Source of the DNA: Acidobacteriota bacterium | GTDB taxonomy: Bacteria > Acidobacteriota > Thermoanaerobaculia > Gp7-AA8 | Assembly (NCBI GenBank): GCA_021325515.1 | Contig: JAJPHC010000001.1 | Coordinates: 68,248 to 132,247 of the forward strand | DNA: 64,000 bases | Direction: 5' to 3' | Part shown: positions 9,017-16,126 of the stretch, in pieces | Layout of the letters: the number at the start of each line of letters is the position of its first letter | How positions within the stretch are numbered: the stretch's first letter is position 1 | Program-made: the position numbers and the translations under genes | The notes under the pieces: generated by a model | Told to the model about the DNA's origin: nothing | The model's database searches: none | What the model saw: the letters and a program-made list of their open reading frames with translations, nothing else

Positions 9017-10101
9017 CGACGGAGGTCCAGCGCAGTGGCGACGGCGCGGGATCGATTCTCAGGCGCGCCGAGGCTCTTCTCGAAGTCGATCGTCCTCGCG
9101 ATGCGCTGGCGCTGCTGCTCGACGCTCTGCGGCTGGAACCTGAGAACCATCGCGTGCTGGCGCGTATCGCAGGCGCGCATCTCGCGCTCGACGATCACCG
9201 CACCGCGTTGAAGTTCGCGAACGAGGCGGTGCGCGTCGCACCCGAGCTCGAGTGGGGTCATCGTATCCGCAGCATCGTGCTGCTGCATCTCGGCGAGAAG
9301 CGCGGCGCCTATCGCGCCGCAGAACGCGCCGCGCAACTCGATCCCGAAAACCTCCTCGTGCTCAATCAGCTCTTCTCGGTCATGCGCGCCTCCGGCATGC
9401 GCACCGAAGCGTGGAATGTCGCGCATCAAATGGTGCACATCGGCCCGGAAGTCCCCGCGTCGCACATCAATCTCGGCCTCGTGCATCTCGAATACAAACA
9501 ATTCGCGGAGGCGGAACGCGCGTTTCGCCGTGCGCTGCAGCTCGAGCCCGAATCGTGGCCCGCGCTCAACAACCTCGGCGTTGCGCTGCAGGGACAGGGG
9601 CGTCATCAGGACGCGGTCGAGTTCTTCTATCGCGCCGCGCAGAGCAATCCATCGCGGACTCTGCCTCGCAACAACCTCATGCTCGCCGGGAAAAAGTATC
9701 TCTCCGGACCATCGACGGTGCTCGCCGTGGTGTTCGTGGTCATCGTGGCCAATGTTCTCGCGGCGTTGAAAGTCGATGATGGAACTTCGGCTGCCGCGAT
9801 CTGGGGAGCGATCATCCTTGCTGTATGCGGCGTCGTTCTCGATCGCCGGCGCCGCCTCCAGAACCTCGGCCAGCCGGTGCAGCGCATCTTTTCCGATCAG
9901 CAGCGCTCGGAACGGCGCAAGAGCGCTCACCGCATTCTCTCGATCGTGGTCGTCATCTACACCGCGCTCTTCGGGCTCGCCGGACTCGTTGCGCCGTTCA
10001 TGGGCGGATGGGAGGGCGTAGGCGTTTTCGCCATCATCGAGGGCGTCGAAGCCGGCCTGATTCTCTGGTGGTGGCGCACTCGGCCGCCGCGTGGGCTATG
10101 A
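9013..10101 (+). CDS. TPR-repeat protein with a C-terminal 4-TM anchor
   Basis: The GTG start overlaps the AAA1 TGA. About six TPR units, then hydrophobic segments (VLAVVFVVIVANVLAAL, AIILAVCGVVL, ILSIVVVIYTALFGLAGLV, VFAIIEGVEAGLILWWW). Confidence 0.7.
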   Translation: MTTEVQRSGDGAGSILRRAEALLEVDRPRDALALLLDALRLEPENHRVLARIAGAHLALDDHRTALKFANEAVRVAPELEWGHRIRSIVLLHLGEKRGAYRAAERAAQLDPENLLVLNQLFSVMRASGMRTEAWNVAHQMVHIGPEVPASHINLGLVHLEYKQFAEAERAFRRALQLEPESWPALNNLGVALQGQGRHQDAVEFFYRAAQSNPSRTLPRNNLMLAGKKYLSGPSTVLAVVFVVIVANVLAALKVDDGTSAAAIWGAIILAVCGVVLDRRRRLQNLGQPVQRIFSDQQRSERRKSAHRILSIVVVIYTALFGLAGLVAPFMGGWEGVGVFAIIEGVEAGLILWWWRTRPPRGL

Positions 10102-10108
10102 TCGGCCT

Positions 10109-10774
10109 ATGACCGAAAAGAAGAACTGGGGCTCCACCGTGATGGGGTGGTTCATCGTTCAGGACGATGCCCAGAAGCCGAACGGCGGTGACGATTACAT
10201 CCCGTTCTCGGACGCCGCTCCGGCGCCGGATGCGCCGAAGAAGAACGCGGCTGCACCGCCGGCGCCGATGCCTGAGGTGTTCAAGCAGCCGCCCCCGGCT
10301 GCGACAGGCGGGAACGTCGACTTCGACGCGGTCTTCGAGGCTGCCGGTGTCGATGCCGAAGAGCGCGGGCGCGTGACGAAAGCCGCCGACCTGCTGAAGA
10401 GCCTTCCTCCCGGCACCGACCCCGCGGTGCGAAAGCAGATCGTGGAAGCCTCGCTGCGCGCATTCGGCGTGCCGATCGATCAGATCATCGAAGCCGGCGT
10501 GCAGGAGATCCAGGCGCTCGAGGGTTACATCCGCAACGGCGCCTCGGAGACGGAGAAGCTGATCAACGAGTCGGACAAGCGGATCGCGCAACTGCAACAA
10601 CAGATCGCCGATGTTCGTACCGTGATGCAGCAGACGGTTGAGGAACAGAAGCAGGTCATGCAGCTCTGCAATGCGAAGAAGCTCGATGTGCAGGCGGTGC
10701 TGGAGTTCTTCGGGCAGGACGCCGTGGCCAGGGTCGTCAAGGAATCACCGAAGCTGCATGAACCTACGGCCTAG
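10109..10774 (+). CDS. hypothetical protein: short N-terminal hydrophobic/amphipathic segment, Pro/Ala-rich linker, C-terminal coiled coil
   Basis: ORF 10091..10774 with the likelier ATG at 10109 (MTEKKNWGSTVMGWFIV). Coiled coil EKLINESDKRIAQLQQQIADVRTVMQQTVEEQKQVMQL. Codon usage is consistent with its neighbours. Confidence 0.6.
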   Translation: MTEKKNWGSTVMGWFIVQDDAQKPNGGDDYIPFSDAAPAPDAPKKNAAAPPAPMPEVFKQPPPAATGGNVDFDAVFEAAGVDAEERGRVTKAADLLKSLPPGTDPAVRKQIVEASLRAFGVPIDQIIEAGVQEIQALEGYIRNGASETEKLINESDKRIAQLQQQIADVRTVMQQTVEEQKQVMQLCNAKKLDVQAVLEFFGQDAVARVVKESPKLHEPTA

Positions 10775-10795
10775 CGCCGGTCAAAAGGAGAAACC

Positions 10796-11491
10796 ATGTC
10801 CGCATTTGGACGTCTCGCAAATCTCTGGAAGGGTTTTCTGTCTCTCTGGATCTCGGACATCGAGAAGGATCATCCGGAGATTGCGTACGAGAACGCGATC
10901 AACTCCATGACCGCGAAGTACGCGAAGCTGAAGTCGGCGACCGCCGCGATCATCCGCCGCCGCGAAGAGCTCGACGAGCGCTATAAGCGCGCGACCACCG
11001 ATCTGAAGCAGACCGAGGCGGAGCTGAATACGGCGGTGGAAACGAATCAGGATGATCTCGCGGTCATTCTCATCCAGAAGAAGAATCAGCTCACGGCCGA
11101 GATCACCGATCTGAAGTCGGAGATGGATCAGGCGCACAACGACGCCGACTCCGCGAAGACTTCCCTGCTCGCCGTGCAGTCGGAGATCAAGAAGCTGAAG
11201 GCCGAGCGCGAGACGATGCTGGCGAAGATGCAGAGCGCGCAGGCGCGCATCAAGATCCAGGAGCAGCTCGACGGGCTGTCGGTCGACGACGAAGTGCGCG
11301 CGCTGGATACGGTCCGCAATCACATCAAGAACACGATCGCCGAAGCGAACCTCGGCAAAGAGCTCTCCGAGTCGTCGCTCGATTCGCGTCTCGCGGCGCT
11401 CAAGAATCAGACGGGCGATGTGACTGCGCGTGCCGAGCTCGAAGCGATGAAGGCGCGGAAGGCAGCGGCCGCACAGCAGAAGACGATGTAG
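10796..11491 (+). CDS. pspA: PspA/IM30 (Vipp1) family protein
   Basis: 231 aa. N-terminal amphipathic [34 protein letters not shown] aligns by eye with E. coli PspA [36 protein letters not shown]. Long heptad coiled coil and a C-terminal ELEAMKARK. Confidence 0.85.
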   Translation: MSAFGRLANLWKGFLSLWISDIEKDHPEIAYENAINSMTAKYAKLKSATAAIIRRREELDERYKRATTDLKQTEAELNTAVETNQDDLAVILIQKKNQLTAEITDLKSEMDQAHNDADSAKTSLLAVQSEIKKLKAERETMLAKMQSAQARIKIQEQLDGLSVDDEVRALDTVRNHIKNTIAEANLGKELSESSLDSRLAALKNQTGDVTARAELEAMKARKAAAAQQKTM

Positions 11492-11499
11492 TCGCTGTT

Positions 11500-11734
11500 C
11501 ACCCTGAGCGAAGTCTTTCACGCTGAGCGGAGCGAAGCGTCAACCAAGGCGCCGCCGTTTCGCGTTCTTCAGGCGCTGCGAGTGAAGTTCACATCTCGCG
11601 GCGCCTTGGTTGATCCTTCGCTTCGCTCAGGATGTTTGACCGCGCGGCGCCTTGGTTGATCCTTCGCTTCGCTCAGGATGTTTGACCGCGCGGCGCCTTG
11701 GCTGATCCTTCGCTTCGCTCAGGATGTTTGGCCG
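11500..11734. repeat. REP/MITE-like family, locus B: one full hairpin unit plus two extra tandem arm copies (46-bp period)
   Basis: Partial arm 11500-11515, full hairpin 11519-11634, then arm copies ending at 11680 and 11726 (GCGGCGCCTTGGTTGATCCTTCGCTTCGCTCAGGATGTTTGAC x3). Lies between convergent pspA and 11744..12547. Confidence 0.9.
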
Positions 11735-11743
11735 CGTGAACCC

Positions 11744-12547
11744 TCACGATGTCGTGACCATCAGCGATTCCGTGTCGATCGCGGTCTCGCGCACCGCCTC
11801 GACTCCCGTGATCAGCTCATCGAGCTGGCCTGAGAGCTCCTGCGGCGACTGCATCGTCACGATCTGATCGGCGATGAGCTGGAACGTGTTCTCGATCAGA
11901 TCGAGCTCACCGCGCGCGACGGTCACGAACTTTTTGATCTCGCGCAGTTTCTCGATCCGCTTCACGATGACGGCGAGATTCTTCTTCGCGATGTCCGTCT
12001 GCGGATCGCCGGCCGCTCCCTGCTGCGCGCGCTGCGTGTACATCTCGCGATCGTGCTCGAGCCGTTTGAGGTCGAGCTTATCGAGGTACTCCTCGTAGCG
12101 ATTGCACGTCACCGCCATGTCGATGAACGCATCGACGAGTGCATTCGTCTTCTCCAGCTCCCCGCGCAGCAGCTCGCCCGTGAAGGTCGGATTCGTTTCC
12201 GCCAGCTTCGAGATCTCGTAGTTCTTCGCGATCAGCTTCTGCACGCGGCTCGTCTCTTCACGATCGAGCGAATTGATCTTCGCGACGCGCTGGCGATAGT
12301 GCTCCGCCTGTTGCATCGATTCGAACTTCGGATCCCACACCGTCTTCCGGAGAAAACGCGAGTCCGGCGCGTGCAGCAGCCAGAGAACCTCGGCACCGAG
12401 GGCCACGGCGGCGACGATCGGATTGCTCAGCACTGCGGCTGCCGCCAGCCCGCCGCCGAGCAGCGTGAGGTTGTACGGATTCGCCAGTGCGAACCGGAAG
12501 TACGGCGGCTTTTCGGGAAGCTTGTCGGACGGTGGCGTCACCGGCAT
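11744..12547 (-). CDS. hypothetical membrane protein (two N-terminal TM segments plus long coiled coil)
   Basis: 267 aa. TM region YNLTLLGGGLAAAAVLSNPIVAAVALGAEVLWLL followed by helical heptad-rich sequence. Convergent with pspA. I recognise no family. Confidence 0.6.
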   Translation of the reverse strand: MPVTPPSDKLPEKPPYFRFALANPYNLTLLGGGLAAAAVLSNPIVAAVALGAEVLWLLHAPDSRFLRKTVWDPKFESMQQAEHYRQRVAKINSLDREETSRVQKLIAKNYEISKLAETNPTFTGELLRGELEKTNALVDAFIDMAVTCNRYEEYLDKLDLKRLEHDREMYTQRAQQGAAGDPQTDIAKKNLAVIVKRIEKLREIKKFVTVARGELDLIENTFQLIADQIVTMQSPQELSGQLDELITGVEAVRETAIDTESLMVTTS

Positions 12548-12569
12548 GAGCGGATCATTCTACGATGCT

Positions 12570-12588
12570 TGGTGATAAGCTATCACCA
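12570..12588. promoter_or_regulatory. candidate operator: perfect palindrome TGGTGATA-AGC-TATCACCA
   Basis: 8-bp arms with a 3-nt spacer, AT-richer than its surroundings, in the 100-bp divergent intergenic region between 11744..12547(-) and 12648..14471(+). Confidence 0.3.
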
Positions 12589-12647
12589 GCTTCCAATGTC
12601 AAAATAAGCTTCTCATTCGAACGTCGTTCACGCGGCCAGAGAGCTGT

Positions 12648-14471
12648 GTGTCAGGAGCGTTTACCTTCATGAGACTCACTCCCTTCGCAAAACTGTTCAT
12701 CACTGTCGTCGTTCTCGGCGTCGTAGGCCTCTTCGTCTACAAGCATCGCGCGACGCTGATCCCCGCAGCGGTGCTCAAGGGCTCGGTCGTTCCCAGTAAG
12801 GTCGATCTCGGCCAGGCGCAGGATGCCTCCGCGAGCAGCTCGGACTACAAGGTTCCGAGTACCGAGGCAGGTTGCTCGGATCAACCCGAAATCCGGATGA
12901 ACGTCTGGGCGTGGAACGCTCAGATGGGACTCATGGCTGCAACAGGCGGCAAGGTTGCGACCAGGGGCAGCCTGATGTGCGACAACGGCGTCAATCTGCA
13001 TCTCATTCGTGAAGACGACGGCAACAAGATGCAGGAGAACCTCGTCGCGTTTGCAACGGCGCTCAAGAACGGCGACGCGAATCCGTCGAAAGGCGTGCAC
13101 TTCGTGGCCGTGATGGGCGACGGCAGTCCTTCGTTCCTGAAGGGTCTCAACGATGTGCTGGTGAAGAAACTCGGCAGCGAATATCGCGCTCGCATCATCG
13201 CATCGGCCGGCTACTCGCGAGGCGAGGACAAGTTCATGGGGCCTGCCGAGTGGAAGTCGAATCCTGCGACGTCGCGCGGCGGCGTCGTGGCCGGCGTGCT
13301 CCGCGACGGCGACTGGAACATCGCGCAGAAGTGGCTCGGCGACAACGGTCTGCCGAACAATCCCGACGAGAAGACGTGGGATCCGGATGCTCTCAACTGG
13401 GTCGCGGCTGATACGTATGTCGATGCCGCGAAGAAGTACGTCGAAGGCTGGAGCGAAGAGCGGCCGGTCGTGAAGAACGGCAAGCTCACCGGCGAGAAAA
13501 AGAAGATCACCGTGCAGGGCGTCGTCACCTGGACTCCGGGCGACGTCACCGTCGCTCACGAGAAGGGCGGCATCATCTCCATCGTCTCGACTCGCGAATA
13601 CAACACACAGATGCCGAACGTCATCATCGGCATCGACAAGTGGATGCGCGACAACCGCGCGACGGTCGATCACTTCATCACTGCGCTGGTGAAAGGCGGC
13701 GACGCCGTCAAAGGAAACAAGCAGGCGCTCGAGCATGCCGCCGCCGTCAGCGCGAGCGTGTACGGCGAAGAGAATGCCGATTACTGGCTCAAGTACTTCC
13801 GTCCGGTGCTCGAGCGCGACAAAGCCGGCACCGAAGTTTCGCTCGGCGGCTCGTACGTGAACAATCTCGCCGACAACCTCCTGCTGTTCGGGATGGTGCC
13901 CGGCTCGTCGAACCTCTTCAACGCGACCTACACCAAGTTCGGCGACGTCGCCGTGCAGCAGTATCCGGAGTTGATTCCTTCGTATCCGAAGCCCGACGAC
14001 ATCGTCGACACCTCGTATCTGAAGGACCTCTCCGGGAACACGCAGACCGCGGCGGTCGAGGCTGCGAAGCCGAAGTACGACGAAGCGTCTGCGAAGACCG
14101 AGGCGCCGAAGAATGTCGTCGGACGCCGCTCGTGGAACATCACTTTCGAGACCGGCAAGGCGACGTTCACGCCGGCCGCGGAGTCAGTGCTCGAGCAACT
14201 GCAGCGCGAGCTGCTCGTCGCCGGCGGCACGACGATTCAGATTCATGGGCACACGGACAACGTCGGTTCCGCCGACGCGAACCAGCGTCTCTCCGAAGAG
14301 CGCGCGTTCGCAGTCAAGCAATGGCTGATGGACAAGTCGAGCGTGAACTTCCCGTCGGAGCGCATGACGGTGTTCGCGCATGGTGCGACGAATCCGATTG
14401 CGCCGAACTCCACCGCGGACGGAAAGGCGAAGAATCGCCGCGTGGAAATCGTGCTGGTGAGCGGCTCGTAA
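12648..14471 (+). CDS. membrane-anchored periplasmic solute-binding (NMT1/NitT-TauT-like) domain fused to a C-terminal OmpA-like peptidoglycan-binding domain
   Basis: GTG 12648 or ATG 12669 (MRLTPFAKLFITVVVLGVVGLFVY, TM anchor). C-terminus ATFTPAAESVLEQLQREL..IQIHGHTDNVGSADANQRLSEERAFAVKQWL..NRRVEIVL is a typical OmpA_C. Confidence 0.75.
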   Translation: MSGAFTFMRLTPFAKLFITVVVLGVVGLFVYKHRATLIPAAVLKGSVVPSKVDLGQAQDASASSSDYKVPSTEAGCSDQPEIRMNVWAWNAQMGLMAATGGKVATRGSLMCDNGVNLHLIREDDGNKMQENLVAFATALKNGDANPSKGVHFVAVMGDGSPSFLKGLNDVLVKKLGSEYRARIIASAGYSRGEDKFMGPAEWKSNPATSRGGVVAGVLRDGDWNIAQKWLGDNGLPNNPDEKTWDPDALNWVAADTYVDAAKKYVEGWSEERPVVKNGKLTGEKKKITVQGVVTWTPGDVTVAHEKGGIISIVSTREYNTQMPNVIIGIDKWMRDNRATVDHFITALVKGGDAVKGNKQALEHAAAVSASVYGEENADYWLKYFRPVLERDKAGTEVSLGGSYVNNLADNLLLFGMVPGSSNLFNATYTKFGDVAVQQYPELIPSYPKPDDIVDTSYLKDLSGNTQTAAVEAAKPKYDEASAKTEAPKNVVGRRSWNITFETGKATFTPAAESVLEQLQRELLVAGGTTIQIHGHTDNVGSADANQRLSEERAFAVKQWLMDKSSVNFPSERMTVFAHGATNPIAPNSTADGKAKNRRVEIVLVSGS

Positions 14472-14513
14472 AAGGAACGGCGCGGGGCGCTCAGCGCCCC
14501 CGCCGATCACGTC

Positions 14514-15299
14514 ATGGCTCAAGCACTCGACGTCATCGTTCCCAATCGTCCGGTCTCGCCGGCGGTCATCAAGATCCTCATCTTCGGCCAGGCACTCGTT
14601 GCGATCATCGCCTGGTGGACGATGCCGATCTCGGTGCTGCCGCGCCCCGACGAAGTCTTCTCCGCACTCGGTACGCTCTGGATGCGCGGTCTCGGCCGCG
14701 AGCTCATCACGAGTCTCGTGTTGAACGTGCAGGCGATCGCCTGGACGGTCCTGATCTCGCTCGCGTTGTCGTATCTCACCGTGCTGCCGTTCTTCCGCCC
14801 GATCGCGGCCGCTGTGACCAAGGGCCGTTTCCTCGGGCTCATCGGGCTGACGCTGATCTTCACGATCATGCTCGGCGGCGGCCACACGCTGAAGCTCGCG
14901 CTGCTCGTCTTCGGCATGACGGTCTTCTTCGTCACGTCGATGGCCGCAGTCATCCTCAATCTTCCGAAAGAGCGCTTCGATCACGCGCGCTCGCTGGGGA
15001 TGAGCGAATGGCGCGTCGTCTGGGAAGTCGTCATTCTCGGTACGGCCGATGAGGCGTTCGAAGTGCTGCGTCAGAACGCCGCGATCGGCTGGATGATGCT
15101 CACGATGGTGGAAGGCATCTCCCGCGCGGAAGGCGGCATCGGCGCGATGCTGCTGAATCAGAACAAACACTTCCACATCGCGGAAGTCTTCGCGATCCAG
15201 ATCGTGATTCTCGCGGTCGGCATCGCGCAGGACTATGCGATCGGCGCGCTGCGCAATCTCTTCTGCCCCTACGCCGCGCTGACACTGGAGCGCAAATGA
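14514..15299 (+). CDS. ABC transporter permease (nitrate/sulfonate/taurine-type BPD family)
   Basis: 261-aa, 6-TM protein with an EAA-loop-like segment ERFDHARSLGMSEWRVVWEVVILGT. Confidence 0.8.
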   Translation: MAQALDVIVPNRPVSPAVIKILIFGQALVAIIAWWTMPISVLPRPDEVFSALGTLWMRGLGRELITSLVLNVQAIAWTVLISLALSYLTVLPFFRPIAAAVTKGRFLGLIGLTLIFTIMLGGGHTLKLALLVFGMTVFFVTSMAAVILNLPKERFDHARSLGMSEWRVVWEVVILGTADEAFEVLRQNAAIGWMMLTMVEGISRAEGGIGAMLLNQNKHFHIAEVFAIQIVILAVGIAQDYAIGALRNLFCPYAALTLERK

Positions 15300-16126
15300 C
15301 CGCAGTCTCCGCGTATGAGGTCAAGGAAACCATTCTCGACGTGAAGAACGTCTCGCATCGCTACGGCGATCGCGTGATTCTTCGCGATCTCGATTTCACG
15401 GTGAAGAACATTACGCGCCCCAATGCGCTGACCGGACAGGTGATCGCGCTGCTCGGGCCGTCGGGCATGGGGAAGACGACGCTCTTTCGCGTCCTCGCCG
15501 GCCTCATGCAGCCCACCTCGGGTGAGGTGAAGATCGGACCCGAAGGGAAGCCGGTCGAAGCGGGGATGGTCGGCGTCGTTTTTCAAAACTATCAGTTGTT
15601 CGAGCACCGGACGGTCCTCGGCAATCTGACGATCGCGGCGGCGCAGAGCTGCAAGTCGTCGTCCGAGGCGTGTGACCGTTCGATGGAAATGCTGAAGAGA
15701 TTCGGCCTCGACGACTTCGCGAAGCGCTATCCGAGCCAGCTCTCGGGCGGCCAGCGGCAGCGCGTCGCGATTGCGCAGCAGTTTCTTTGCAGCCGCCATT
15801 TCCTCCTGATGGACGAGCCGTTTTCCGGACTCGATCCGATCGCGGTGGAGAAGGTGTGCAGCCTCGTCACCGAGGTCGCGAATCTCCACGATCTGAATAC
15901 GATCATCATCGTTACGCACAACATCGAAGCGGGGCTGCAGGTCGCCGACACGGCGATTCTGCTCGGCCGCGATCGCAAGGACGATGGAACGCCGGTTCCC
16001 GGCGCGCGCGTTCAGGCCACGTACGATCTGATCGAGCGCGGCCTGATGTGGCATCCTCAGGTGGACCAGATGCCCGAATTCGTCGAGCTCGCGCGCGAAG
16101 TGCGGGCAAAATTCAAGGAATTGTGA
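15296..16126 (+). CDS. ABC transporter ATP-binding protein
   Basis: Walker A GPSGMGKTT, signature LSGGQRQRVAIA, Walker B LLMDEPFSGLD. The ATG overlaps the permease stop. Confidence 0.9.
   Translation: MTAVSAYEVKETILDVKNVSHRYGDRVILRDLDFTVKNITRPNALTGQVIALLGPSGMGKTTLFRVLAGLMQPTSGEVKIGPEGKPVEAGMVGVVFQNYQLFEHRTVLGNLTIAAAQSCKSSSEACDRSMEMLKRFGLDDFAKRYPSQLSGGQRQRVAIAQQFLCSRHFLLMDEPFSGLDPIAVEKVCSLVTEVANLHDLNTIIIVTHNIEAGLQVADTAILLGRDRKDDGTPVPGARVQATYDLIERGLMWHPQVDQMPEFVELAREVRAKFKEL

Noticed and set aside
11500-11734. Possible CRISPR array (also considered for 53230-53384)
   Set aside because: The period is only 46-48 bp, with ~37-nt repeats and ~9-10-nt near-identical 'spacers'. The repeats belong to the dispersed hairpin family, and no cas genes are present.
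13640-15052. 470-aa plus-strand ORF overlapping the PBP-OmpA and permease genes
   Set aside because: It is out of frame with two well-supported genes. The extremely Arg-rich composition marks it as a GC-driven artefact.
15787-16122. Upstream extension of the AAA2 ORF
   Set aside because: It lies entirely inside the ABC ATPase gene in another frame, with an Arg/Gly/Ser-rich translation. GTG 16123 at the ABC stop codon is the sensible start.
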